DNA of 64,000 bases from contig JAGLYK010000011.1 of the NCBI GenBank assembly GCA_023132255.1, positions 5,847 to 69,846 of the forward strand, in the 5' to 3' direction. The position numbers and the translations under genes were made by a program. This document shows, piece by piece, positions 36,956-46,603 of this stretch (position 1 is the first letter of the stretch; every line of letters starts with the position of its first letter). The notes below the pieces were generated by a model. It worked only from the letters and a program-made list of their open reading frames with translations, was not told the DNA's origin and did not search any database. This stretch comes from Candidatus Pacearchaeota archaeon. GTDB lineage: Archaea; Nanobdellota; Nanobdellia; Pacearchaeales; GW2011-AR1.

Positions 36956-38752
36956 TCACTTGAGAATTGCTTTTATTCTCCTAACTCCACTTGAAGAAGA
37001 TTCTTCTTTTTTGATTTTAAAGTGTCCAAGTTCGCTGGTGTTTTTGACATGAGGACCAGAGCAGATTTCTTTGGAGCAATTTTTGATAGTGTAAACTGAA
37101 ACGACTTCCCCATATTTTGCATTAAATATCCCTGTTGCTCCTTTTTCCTTTGCCTGCTTTGGAGTCATTTCTTCCCTGATAACTTCACAGCCTCGCTGTA
37201 TTTGCGCGTTGACTAAATCTTCAACTTTTTGTAGTTCTTCATTTGTTAATTTTCTAGGAAAAGAAAAATCCAATCTTAATCTTTCAGATGTTATATTGCT
37301 TCCTTTTTGAAGGATATTTTTATCATTTAGTATTTTCCTTAATGCTGCTAAAAGCAAGTGTGTTGCAGTGTGGAGTTTTGTTGTTGCTTCTGAATCATCT
37401 GCTAAACCAGATTTGAATCTGCCTTCTGTTGCTGTTCGTGAAAGTTCCTGGTGTTTTTTTAATTCTTTTTTAAAACCTTTTTCATCAACTTTGATGTTTT
37501 TTTCTTTTGCTAATTCAATTGTCATTTCCAACGGAAAGCCGTAAGATTGGTAAAGCAGGAAAGCTTCTTTTCCTTTTAACAAATATTTTCCCTTACTCCA
37601 TTTAATTTTTTTCCTGTTCTTTCTAAATCCTTCCTTAATTTTTCGTTCCCATCCATTAAAAATTCTCATACCTTTTTCCAGGCTTAAATTAAATTTTTCT
37701 TCTTCTTTTTCTAATTCTTGCAAAATATGTTTTTTGTTTTTTTGTAATTTTGAATAATCGTTGTAGATTTTGAAAACTGGTTCTGCAACTTTGTAAGTGA
37801 AATCCCTCAATCCGATTTCTCTACCATATCTGATGGCTCTTCTAATTAATCTTCGTAAAACATAACCCTGTTCTGTGTTTGAAGAGGTTATTCCGTCGGC
37901 AATGATAAAAACAGATGCTTTGATGTGATCTGCAATTATTCGCATTGTTCTTTTATTTCCTTTGTATTTTTTCCCAGAAAGCTTTTCTATTTTTTTAATA
38001 ATTAGTTTCCACATTTCTGCTTCATAATCATCTTCTAAATTATTTAATATTGCAACTGTTCTTTCAACACCCATGCCTGTGTCAATGTTTTTTTGTGATG
38101 CTTCATTGTAATTTCCTTCTTCATCTTTGTTATATTGCATTAAAACATCATTCCAGATTTCTACCCATCTTTCATCTTTTGGATCAAATTTTTTTGGAGC
38201 AGGAATTTTATTTGGAGACCAGTAAAACATTTCTGTACAGGGTCCGCAAGGTCCTGTTTTTCCAGCAGGTCCCCACCAATTGTCTTCTTTTCCTAAGAAA
38301 GCAATTCTTTCTTTTTGGATTCCTAAGGATTTCCAAGCTTCTGCAGCTTCGTTGTCTTTTAGAGCATCTTTATTTCCTGCAAAACAAGTTACTGCTAATC
38401 TTTGCACAGGAATTTTAAGATGCTTTGTTAGAAATTCAAAACTCATTTCAATTGCCTCTTTTTTAAAGTAGTCTCCTAAACTCCAGTTTCCAATCATTTC
38501 AAAAAAAGTATGGTGTGTTGAATCTCCAACTTCTTCAATGTCACCTGTTCTTATACATTTTTGGGCATTCATTAGCCTTTTTCCTAGAGGGTGTTTTTGT
38601 CCCAATAAGTATGGGACTATAGGATGCATTCCTGCTGAAATAAATAATGTTGTTGGGTCGTTTTCCGGGATGAGACTTGTGTTAGGGATTTCTTTGTGGT
38701 TTTTACTTTTAAAAAAATTAAAATATTTTTTTATTAATTGTTTTCTGTCCAT
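36956..38752 (-). CDS. alaS: Alanyl-tRNA synthetase (short form lacking the C-Ala domain)
   Basis: DPTTLFISAGM, HHTFFEMIGNWS, IDTGMGVER, HTATHLL, CSGPHV. Confidence 0.96.
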   Translation of the reverse strand: MDRKQLIKKYFNFFKSKNHKEIPNTSLIPENDPTTLFISAGMHPIVPYLLGQKHPLGKRLMNAQKCIRTGDIEEVGDSTHHTFFEMIGNWSLGDYFKKEAIEMSFEFLTKHLKIPVQRLAVTCFAGNKDALKDNEAAEAWKSLGIQKERIAFLGKEDNWWGPAGKTGPCGPCTEMFYWSPNKIPAPKKFDPKDERWVEIWNDVLMQYNKDEEGNYNEASQKNIDTGMGVERTVAILNNLEDDYEAEMWKLIIKKIEKLSGKKYKGNKRTMRIIADHIKASVFIIADGITSSNTEQGYVLRRLIRRAIRYGREIGLRDFTYKVAEPVFKIYNDYSKLQKNKKHILQELEKEEEKFNLSLEKGMRIFNGWERKIKEGFRKNRKKIKWSKGKYLLKGKEAFLLYQSYGFPLEMTIELAKEKNIKVDEKGFKKELKKHQELSRTATEGRFKSGLADDSEATTKLHTATHLLLAALRKILNDKNILQKGSNITSERLRLDFSFPRKLTNEELQKVEDLVNAQIQRGCEVIREEMTPKQAKEKGATGIFNAKYGEVVSVYTIKNCSKEICSGPHVKNTSELGHFKIKKEESSSSGVRRIKAILK

Positions 38753-38775
38753 AAAAATGTCTAAGAAAGAGGGTT

Positions 38776-39135
38776 TTAAAAATTATTTGTTCCTAAAGAA
38801 TTCAGCTTTTCTTGAATTTCTCTAAGCTGGGATTCTATACTTTCCTCATAATGTTTTTCTTTTGGAATTATTTCTTTAGTTTCAGGCTTTTTTAATATCT
38901 TGGGTATTTCTAATTTTGGAAGATTTTTCTGAAGTCGCCTTATTTCTGTTAGTAATGTTTTTATATGCCTATATAATTTTATTTTTAATTCAAATTCTTT
39001 TGACCTGAGTTCATGATATTCTTTTATTGTCTGGATTATTTTTAATAAACCCATCTCTAATGAAAGAATATTTTTTTTAGATTGGATAGCGTCCTCGTAT
39101 TCAAGTTTAACATGAATTAATTTTTCAGCTGCCAT
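38776..39135 (-). CDS. Hypothetical coiled-coil protein
   Basis: 1-bp overlap with the upstream ORF; helical composition. Confidence 0.65.
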   Translation of the reverse strand: MAAEKLIHVKLEYEDAIQSKKNILSLEMGLLKIIQTIKEYHELRSKEFELKIKLYRHIKTLLTEIRRLQKNLPKLEIPKILKKPETKEIIPKEKHYEESIESQLREIQEKLNSLGTNNF

Positions 39136-39719
39136 TATATTTTAGAAAAAATGTTTGCATCTACTTTTTCAATTTGTTTTTTGATTATTTCTATTTCATT
39201 TTCCCATGAATCTAATTTTCTTTCTTCGTTTTCTTTTACATCTTTTATATGTTTAAGCATCTTTTCTATTTCTGAAATTTTATCTTTAGTCTTTTCAAAT
39301 ATTTTCAAGCTTTCTTCAAACTTATCTATTCTTATGAAAACTGGTTCAGCTTTTTTTGTTGAAGTTTCAAAATCCTCTGAAATTTCATCAGTTCTTCTTT
39401 CAAATGGAATTCCTTTGATTTTTGCAAGATGAGAAAATTCTGGCACCGGAGGTTCTCTTAGAGGCCTTTGCATCATTTGCTTGTCCTCTGCAAAATCATC
39501 TGCTTCAGGAACCTCTTCACCTTCTTTTTTCCCAGCCACAGCTTCTTTAATTGTGTTCTGAGAGAATTTTTCCCCTAAAGAATTTGTAGGAAAGCTAGGT
39601 AGTTGATGTATCTTAGAATTATCTAATGAGTTCTCCTCTATGTTTGGCAACTCTGGAAGCTTTGGAAGTTCAGGCAACGAAGGAACTTCTTTCTCCTTTT
39701 TTTTATTAAACCACCCCAT
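39135..39719 (-). CDS. Hypothetical protein (Pro-rich N-terminus, PVFIRID motif, coiled-coil C-terminus)
   Basis: ORF in an apparent operon with alaS. Confidence 0.65.
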   Translation of the reverse strand: MGWFNKKKEKEVPSLPELPKLPELPNIEENSLDNSKIHQLPSFPTNSLGEKFSQNTIKEAVAGKKEGEEVPEADDFAEDKQMMQRPLREPPVPEFSHLAKIKGIPFERRTDEISEDFETSTKKAEPVFIRIDKFEESLKIFEKTKDKISEIEKMLKHIKDVKENEERKLDSWENEIEIIKKQIEKVDANIFSKI

Positions 39720-39949
39720 TTTATATTAATTCAATATATACTTTTTAATATATATAAAATATAATAATAGTTTAAAAACTTTTGTGAAAATTCTTCTAGA
39801 GGTATAACAAAACCGAAAGAAAGAACTCTCTTTAAATAAAGATTCTTCTGCGATTTTGCATGACAAAACCAATTTCCATATAGAAATATTCCAACGTTTC
39901 TGTTCCACAGAACCGAAAGATATTTATTTGAATTAATTCTCATATTCTA

Positions 39950-40735
39950 ATGCTAAAAAAATTTCTCAAAGAAGTTATTACTATTGTCGTCGGAAAACAA
40001 GCAGAAGGTATTGTGGAGTTGCTTATTAGTGAAAGATATGTTAATGAATTTTTGATTGCAAAAAAAATGGACCTTACAATTAATCAAACAAGAAATATTC
40101 TTTATAAAATTTCAGATTATGGCTTGGTATCTTCTACGAGAAAGAAAGATAAGAAAAAAGGATGGTATACTTATTCCTGGAAAATTGAAATTCTTAAATC
40201 TTTGTTGTTTTTGAGAAATGATTTGATTAAGAAAATAAGTCAAATAAATAATCAGATTAATAGCAGGGAAACTAAGCAGTTTTATGTTTGTGAGAGATGC
40301 AATATAGAGATTAACGAGGAGAATGCCATGCTTTATGATTTTACTTGTAAGGAGTGTGGAGATATTTTTGTTCTAAAAAATAATGAAAAATTTTTGAAAG
40401 ATATTAGAAGAAATTTATCCCGATTAAACAGGGAATTAGGACTTATTGATGAGGAAATTGAGAAGCAAAGAATTAAGATGGATAAAAAGAAGATGAGAGA
40501 ATTAAAGAAACAGGAAAAGATTAAATCTGCAGCGAGGAAAAAGGCATCTGCAATTAGAAAAGCTACGAAAAAGAAATCTGCAAAAAAAGTAGTTAAAGAT
40601 AAATCCTCTAAAAAAACAAAATCTGTGGTAAAAGTTAAGAAGCCAGTAAAAAAGAAATTAATAAAAAAGAAAGTTGTTAAGAAAAAACTATCTAAAAAGG
40701 TTAAAAAACCAGTAAAGAAGAAGGGGAAGAAGTAA
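39950..40735 (+). CDS. tfe: Transcription factor E (alpha) with Lys-rich tail
   Basis: wHTH (INQTRNILY...GWYTYSW), Zn finger CERC...FTCKECG. Confidence 0.88.
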   Translation: MLKKFLKEVITIVVGKQAEGIVELLISERYVNEFLIAKKMDLTINQTRNILYKISDYGLVSSTRKKDKKKGWYTYSWKIEILKSLLFLRNDLIKKISQINNQINSRETKQFYVCERCNIEINEENAMLYDFTCKECGDIFVLKNNEKFLKDIRRNLSRLNRELGLIDEEIEKQRIKMDKKKMRELKKQEKIKSAARKKASAIRKATKKKSAKKVVKDKSSKKTKSVVKVKKPVKKKLIKKKVVKKKLSKKVKKPVKKKGKK

Positions 40736-41407
40736 ATGGGAGTTTATCAGATTTATCCTAAGAAGAAGAAAAATCTTTTTCCGAACTTGAGTGTGACTGT
40801 TAGTTTGATTTTAATTAATGTTGTTTTATTTATATTAGTTCGGGTTTTGTTATCTATAGAAATTATATCTGAAAATTTTTTTATGAGTGATATTGCTATT
40901 TCATTGGAAAATATCAAACAATTAAGGTTGTGGACTTTTTTAACAAGTATGTTTATGCATGGAGGTTTTTTCCATCTTTTTGCAAATATGTTTTCTTTAA
41001 TGTTTATTGGCGGTTTAATTGAAAGAATTTTGGGAAAAAAAAGATATTTATGGTTTTATTTAATATCAGGTTTATTTGCGGGAGTTTTATATATACTAAT
41101 TGAATTTTTATCTCCTTCTAATCTTCCGGCTGTAGGGGCTTCAGGAGCTTTGTTTGGTTTAGTTGGATTGTTGGTTTTATTGACTCCCAATCTTCCTGTT
41201 TATGTTATGTTTATTCCAATTCCTATTAAGATGAAATACGCTGGTCCGGGAATTTTAATTGTATTGTGGATTATTTCAAGAGCAGCCAATATTGGTATTG
41301 GGAACACAGCTCATCTTGGAGGATTAGTGTGTGGATTGGCTTATGGGATGTACTTGAAGACCAAATATAAAAATAAGACTAAATGGTTGAGTAGGCATTT
41401 TAGCTAA
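40736..41407 (+). CDS. Rhomboid intramembrane serine protease
   Basis: LWTFLTSMFMHGGFFHLFANM, VGASGA, AHLGG. Confidence 0.94.
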   Translation: MGVYQIYPKKKKNLFPNLSVTVSLILINVVLFILVRVLLSIEIISENFFMSDIAISLENIKQLRLWTFLTSMFMHGGFFHLFANMFSLMFIGGLIERILGKKRYLWFYLISGLFAGVLYILIEFLSPSNLPAVGASGALFGLVGLLVLLTPNLPVYVMFIPIPIKMKYAGPGILIVLWIISRAANIGIGNTAHLGGLVCGLAYGMYLKTKYKNKTKWLSRHFS

Positions 41408-41995
41408 ATGAAAAAAAATAAATTTAATCTGAAAAGAGAATATAAAGAAAGTTGGAATTATATTAAAGAGTCAAAGAACTTTATTTATTCTATTATAGGG
41501 GTATTTTTTGGTTTTACGTTAATTGGTTTTTTTGTTCCTGCTTCTGAGGAGATTACAAAGATAATTTTAGAATTTATTGAGAAACTTTTAGAACAAACTA
41601 AAGATATGTCTCAATTGGAATTGATTAGATTTATTTTCGTGAATAATCTACAAAGCAGTTTTTTTGGATTAATTTTCGGAGTTGCTTTAGGAATTTTTCC
41701 TGTGTTGGCTGCTGTTGCTAATGGTTATGTTTTAGGTTTTGTCGGAGCCATTAGTGTTGAAACTGAAGGAATTTTTGTTTTGTGGAGAATTTTTCCTCAT
41801 GGAATTTTTGAACTGCCCGCGATTTTTATTTCTCTTGGTTTGGGGTTAAAGTTAGGAAGTTTTATCTTTAGGAAAGAAAAAGGAAAATTCTTTAGAAGAT
41901 GTTTTTGGAATTCATTAAGAGTGTTTTTGTTTGTTGTGATACCTCTTTTAATTATTGCAGCGATTATTGAAGCCAGTTTGATATTTCTTGGATAA
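41408..41995 (+). CDS. Stage II sporulation protein M (SpoIIM)-family membrane protein
   Basis: IFVNNL, ANGYVLG, PHGIFELPAI, AAIIE. Confidence 0.88.
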   Translation: MKKNKFNLKREYKESWNYIKESKNFIYSIIGVFFGFTLIGFFVPASEEITKIILEFIEKLLEQTKDMSQLELIRFIFVNNLQSSFFGLIFGVALGIFPVLAAVANGYVLGFVGAISVETEGIFVLWRIFPHGIFELPAIFISLGLGLKLGSFIFRKEKGKFFRRCFWNSLRVFLFVVIPLLIIAAIIEASLIFLG

Positions 41996-42092
41996 CCAAC
42001 AAATATATAAATAAAACAAATATTTTATTGGTAGGAAAGAGAGTGAAAAAAATTAGGGATTTTCCCCCACTTGCTCGTTTCTTAAGAGCCAA

Positions 42093-42680
42093 ATGAAAGC
42101 GAATCAATACCTCAGGAGGCATAAGCCAAGTAGGTCCATGGGAAGATTTCCATTCGTCCGCAGAGGACTTCGAACGAAAGCACAAGTGAAATTATCTTTT
42201 GGGATGATTTTTTCAATTATATTGATGATTGTTTTTATTGCGTTTGCTTTTTTTGCAATTCAAAAATTTCTTGGTTTGAAAGATACTATTAGTGTTGGGA
42301 AATTTGCAGATGATTTTCAGTCAGATGTTAATAAGTTGTGGAAAAGTTCGCAAGGTTCTCAAGAATTAGAATATTCTTTGCCAAAAAAAATAGAGTATGT
42401 TTGTTTTGCGAATCTTTTGAAGCCAGAGCAAGGTGCTTATGAAGATGAAGATTTTTATGAAGAATTTAGGAAATATTTTACAGATGAGAATTTGTTTTTT
42501 TATCCTGTTGATTCTACAGAATTAAATGGTCTTGAAATAAAGCATATTGATATTGAAAAAATAACTGAAAATGAAAATCCTTTTTGCATAGAAAATATCA
42601 AAGGGAAAATAAAGATAGTTCTTAAAAAAGATTTTGGAGATGCCTTGGTTTCTGTGACTAGTTTATTGCAAGATGATTAA
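42093..42680 (+). CDS. Class III signal peptide (archaeal pilin-like) protein; start uncertain
   Basis: KAQ|VKLSFGMIFSIILMIVF cleavage motif followed by a hydrophobic helix. Confidence 0.72.
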   Translation: MKANQYLRRHKPSRSMGRFPFVRRGLRTKAQVKLSFGMIFSIILMIVFIAFAFFAIQKFLGLKDTISVGKFADDFQSDVNKLWKSSQGSQELEYSLPKKIEYVCFANLLKPEQGAYEDEDFYEEFRKYFTDENLFFYPVDSTELNGLEIKHIDIEKITENENPFCIENIKGKIKIVLKKDFGDALVSVTSLLQDD

Positions 42681-42787
42681 AGTTTCTAATTATAAAAAGA
42701 AGTTTAATTTTTTTATTTGGATAAGTTAATTTTATATAGTTTAATTTCCTGTATATTTTATATAATTAAAAAGGAGGGTGTTGAAAA

Positions 42788-42958
42788 ATGAAAAGAATTA
42801 GTTCTGTTTTGGTAGTGCTTTTAGGTTTGATTTTGTTACTTCCCCTAATTGGTGTAAATCAATTTGGATCGTTAACTGAAGGAATTTTTGGTTGGGGAAC
42901 AGCAATCTTTGTTTTGGTGATTGGAGTAATTGAAGTTATCAAAAATTTTGCTAAATAA
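42788..42958 (+). CDS. Small two-TM membrane protein (not in the ORF track)
   Basis: SD AGGAGG; MKRISSVLVVLLGLILLLPLIG...VIGVIEVIKNFAK (56 aa). Confidence 0.65.
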   Translation: MKRISSVLVVLLGLILLLPLIGVNQFGSLTEGIFGWGTAIFVLVIGVIEVIKNFAK

Positions 42959-43016
42959 TAATTTTAGTTTCCTATTTCTTATTTTTTAATTCATAGTGGA
43001 TACTTTAGAATTAAAA

Positions 43017-43220
43017 TTAATCCTTCAAATCGCTAATTCCCAGAACAATCAAAAGAAAACCTATCATTAATAAGAGCCAGACTACTCCGCCTTTGAGAAA
43101 TTCCCATGTGGCGTGCTTGAAGTTCCAGAATGCTCCGAACCATTCACCTGAAAACCATGCAAAGAATATCACGGCGTTTACTAAGATTAATCCAATCAAG
43201 AGTTCAATCCATTTATTCAT
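43017..43220 (-). CDS. Small two-TM membrane protein
   Basis: Two hydrophobic helices ending LGISDLKD. Confidence 0.65.
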   Translation of the reverse strand: MNKWIELLIGLILVNAVIFFAWFSGEWFGAFWNFKHATWEFLKGGVVWLLLMIGFLLIVLGISDLKD

Positions 43221-43389
43221 TGTAATATTTATTGGTGATTTTTGTTTAAAAAGATTTTGATACTGGAATATAACTTTTAGAAAGTCTTAAAAACTAATTT
43301 ATTTTTTAAAAAATATGAATATTCAATTGTTTAGTGAGAGTTTGGCAATACCTATTTTATAATTCTATTTGTAAATTTGTGTTAATACA

Positions 43390-43446
43390 ATGAAAAAAGT
43401 AAATCAAAGATTTCCATGTTTTCCTTTTTGGAGGAACCAAAAATGA
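43390..43446 (+). promoter_or_regulatory. Candidate leader peptide (uORF) of dhs
   Basis: MKKVNQRFPCFPFWRNQK*; its TGA overlaps the dhs ATG; contains an SD-sequestering hairpin. Confidence 0.5.
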
Positions 43447-44504
43447 AAAAAGTAAAAGATTTTTTATGGAAACCTAATATGACTGTGGGAGAATGTGTGG
43501 ATAGTTTTGGCTATCTTGGTTATCAAGCGATTGAGTTGAATGAAGCTGTGAAGGTTGTTTTAAAAATGAAAAGATCCGGGGCAAAGATTTTTTTAACCTT
43601 TACTTCTAATATGGTTACTTCTGGATTAAGAGGGTTTTTTGCTCAATTATGCAAGATGAAAATACCAAATATTCTGGTAACAACTTCAGGAGCAATTGAA
43701 GAAGACATTATGAAATCTCTTGGTGAAGAATTTGAGGTTACTAATTTTTATGCAGATGATGTTCAGCTTCATGAGAAGGGAGAGAATAGGGTTGGGAATT
43801 TGATAATTAGAAATGAAAGTTTTATGAAATTTGAGGATTTGATGAACGAATATTTGACAAAGATTTATGAAAAACAGCGAGAAGCTAATACTTCTGCGTC
43901 AAAAGTAAACTTTGCCGGAAGGATTTCAGTTTCTGATTTATTAAAAGAAATTGGGTTGATGATGGCACCTAAAGGTGTACCCTCTGATACCACTGGTATG
44001 ACCTCTGAAGATGGAGGCCTTATGCAGGATGGAATAAGCGAGGGCAACGAAAATTCAATTTTGTATCAGGCAGCGAAAAATAATATTCCAATTTATTGTC
44101 CTGGAATTGCTGACTCAAGTTTTGGGTTTCAGTTATTTATGTTCCAGCAAAAGCACCCTGATTTTATTGTTGATACAATTAAGGATATGCAGAGAGTTGT
44201 GACTGATTTAAGTTTTGATGAAAAAAAAGGATTAATTAGTCTTGGAGGAAGCACTTCAAAACATTATGCGATTTTTGCAGCTTTGTTAAGCGGGGGTTTT
44301 GATTATGCAGTTTATATGACAACTTCTCATGCAGGTTCAGGAAGTTTGTCCGGAGCAACAACACAGGAAGCAAAATCATGGGGAAAGTTGAAAGATGATG
44401 CAGAGGCTGCTACTGTTAATGGAGATGTCTGCATAACTTTTCCTTTAATGATGTGCAGTGTTTTAGATAAGATGAAAGAGGAAGGATTGTTGAAAGACAA
44501 TTAA
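43443..44504 (+). CDS. dhs: Deoxyhypusine synthase family protein (two in-frame insertions)
   Basis: FLTFTSNMVTSGLR, GAIEEDIMK, NRVGN, GSLSGATTQEAKSWGK (catalytic Lys). Confidence 0.93.
   Translation: MKKVKDFLWKPNMTVGECVDSFGYLGYQAIELNEAVKVVLKMKRSGAKIFLTFTSNMVTSGLRGFFAQLCKMKIPNILVTTSGAIEEDIMKSLGEEFEVTNFYADDVQLHEKGENRVGNLIIRNESFMKFEDLMNEYLTKIYEKQREANTSASKVNFAGRISVSDLLKEIGLMMAPKGVPSDTTGMTSEDGGLMQDGISEGNENSILYQAAKNNIPIYCPGIADSSFGFQLFMFQQKHPDFIVDTIKDMQRVVTDLSFDEKKGLISLGGSTSKHYAIFAALLSGGFDYAVYMTTSHAGSGSLSGATTQEAKSWGKLKDDAEAATVNGDVCITFPLMMCSVLDKMKEEGLLKDN
43965..44046 (+). repeat. Twin-hairpin element with a second module nested inside (43987-44019)
   Basis: GCACC-TAAA-GGTG-TA-CCCTC...GAGGG-CA enclosing ATACC-ACT-GGTAT-GA-CCTC-(8)-GAGG-CC. 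Confidence 0.86.
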
Positions 44505-45466
44505 AAAACATCAGGTAACATTTTCGGCTCTAACTCTTTTTCAATATTAATTAATTCATATTCAATTAAATTTTCTGCAAAAGTTTCTTTTATTTTATTA
44601 ATTTCTTTTTTAAGTTCTTCAGGATGTTTATAAATTATTTGGAATGTTGTGTTAAATTTCCCAACACTTAAAGAAAAAGCATGCACCCTGTCTCTTTGTT
44701 TAGCATAGGTTCGCAGTTTATTTTGAAATGGCTTGGACAAATTATTCATCTTGATATTTATTAAAGTTAAATTATATCCAATTACATCAAGATTAAGAAA
44801 AATTCTATAACCGAGAATCATGTTTTTTTCAATACGCTTTAAACGATAATTTATTGTTTCAATTTTTGAGTTGACTTTGTGTGCTAATTCAACAATTTTT
44901 ATATTTGCATTTTCTGCGAGGATAGATAATATTTTTTTATCCAAGTCATCTAAAACAATTTGCCTGCTTTCTGCATAACTTAAAGTTTTATCATATTCTG
45001 TTTTCCCAAAAATTTTTAATGGAAAATAATGGATTTCAATTGGTTCAAGAATTTCATAGTCTGATAATTCATGCTTCCATAATTCATAAAGATAAGAAAT
45101 AAATTCTAAAATACTTGTTTTATCTTTTGCAAAAACCGACACCATGTAATCCCATTGCCCATAACAAGATACCCGCGTGAATATTAAAATGTTTTTCAGA
45201 TTATTTATTTCTGCTAATTTTTTTATCTGGGGATTTTTCACCCTTAATTTAATAATGTAATTTTTGTCATAACCAAGTGCGTGCAAATTAATTCCAGCAA
45301 GATATTTATTTATTAATCCGGATTTCTCGTATTTTTTAATTCTGTATTCTGCCTGTTCTCGTGAGATTCTGCATTTTTTTGCAATCTGTGTTATTGGAGT
45401 TCTAAAATTATGAAAAATATAACCAAGTAATTTCTTATCAATTTTATCTAATTTTAATTCCTGCAT
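44501..45466 (-). CDS. Tandem Lrp/AsnC family transcriptional regulator
   Basis: Two units LDKIDKKLL...YRIKKYEKSG and LDDLDKKILSILAENA...YRLKRIE. Confidence 0.85.
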   Translation of the reverse strand: MQELKLDKIDKKLLGYIFHNFRTPITQIAKKCRISREQAEYRIKKYEKSGLINKYLAGINLHALGYDKNYIIKLRVKNPQIKKLAEINNLKNILIFTRVSCYGQWDYMVSVFAKDKTSILEFISYLYELWKHELSDYEILEPIEIHYFPLKIFGKTEYDKTLSYAESRQIVLDDLDKKILSILAENANIKIVELAHKVNSKIETINYRLKRIEKNMILGYRIFLNLDVIGYNLTLINIKMNNLSKPFQNKLRTYAKQRDRVHAFSLSVGKFNTTFQIIYKHPEELKKEINKIKETFAENLIEYELINIEKELEPKMLPDVF

Positions 45467-45687
45467 ATTCTGATAAATAATAAGATGTTTTTAAATCTTA
45501 CTAATTAAAGTGAAATAAGAGGGAATACTTTAATGGATTGTGTAAAAATTGGTAGAAAGTTATATTAAGAAGGGTTACTTGGGAATATTAACTAAATAGT
45601 GGTAAGAACTTATGGAAGAAGAAAATAAAATAGGAAACTTGCACCAAAATGTATCTTTAGATAGAGCTGAAAGGAGGTATAAATAAA

Positions 45688-46410
45688 ATGAATTTTTTTA
45701 AAAAGAAACTATCGCCAGAAAGTTATGTCTTTGGGTGTGTAGAAGTACTAAAGAAATTGGGAAATGCTCTCTCAGAAGGAGAGGACAGGGAAGTCAAAAA
45801 TGGAGAATATAATGGTTTATTCGCCGAAGAATTTAAAATATATAACATTGCTGAAAAAGAAAAGATAGGAATCATTGGATCTCTTGAAAAGGGCCATTCC
45901 CTAAATAAAGAATCCTGTAATCTAATTTTAGAAAATTTGATTCAAGATGAAGAAATAGCGAATGTATTGATACAGTCTAAAAGAAAGAATTTTGAAGATG
46001 CAATAGGAGATTGTAAGAATTTGGGTTATTCAAACTCTTTTTCAAGCTATAAGAACATAGTATTAGATGCCATAACCGACTCTGTCTCATTAAAATTTAA
46101 AACAGATAGTGGTCCATTCGGTTATGACCCCTCTAGATTTATCTATAGATTAGTGGTGAACACCCCAGAAATATCTTCAATTGTATTGAAAGAAGAAATC
46201 TCAAGAGATGATTCTGATTTGAATACTTTAAAGAGAAAAGTCAAAACAAAATTAGACGAAATTCTTAAAGATGATTTAAATGAATTTTATAAGAATACGG
46301 ATTTTTCAGAAAACAAAAGAAATGAAATAAATGGGATTGTAACAGATGGAGTAAGAAAGAATGTACAATGTTTAAAAAATTGCCTTAATACTATAAGGAT
46401 GTCTAAATGA
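45688..46410 (+). CDS. Hypothetical protein
   Basis: SD AGGAGGT; 240-aa ORF. Confidence 0.6.
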   Translation: MNFFKKKLSPESYVFGCVEVLKKLGNALSEGEDREVKNGEYNGLFAEEFKIYNIAEKEKIGIIGSLEKGHSLNKESCNLILENLIQDEEIANVLIQSKRKNFEDAIGDCKNLGYSNSFSSYKNIVLDAITDSVSLKFKTDSGPFGYDPSRFIYRLVVNTPEISSIVLKEEISRDDSDLNTLKRKVKTKLDEILKDDLNEFYKNTDFSENKRNEINGIVTDGVRKNVQCLKNCLNTIRMSK

Positions 46411-46603
46411 CCTTCTTTAGTATCTTAAAAGACTAGCATATATTGTAGGCGAAAAATCATATGCGATAGGTCATGGTGATTGGGGAGAAACATTTTGTTA
46501 GTATCCAGTTTTATATTTGAAGATTAAAAAATAAAAAATAAAAAGTATCACAGAAATTTTAAATAAGAAAAACACTTAAATACACTCTATCTTGTTTTTT
46601 GTT

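Noticed and set aside
33976-44046. Twin-hairpin inserts as BHB mRNA introns, or GGCA as a strict target-site duplication
   Set aside because: No 3-4-3 bulge-helix-bulge was evident at their borders, and GGCA-to-GGCA spacings (27, 49, 79 nt) do not consistently restore the frame.
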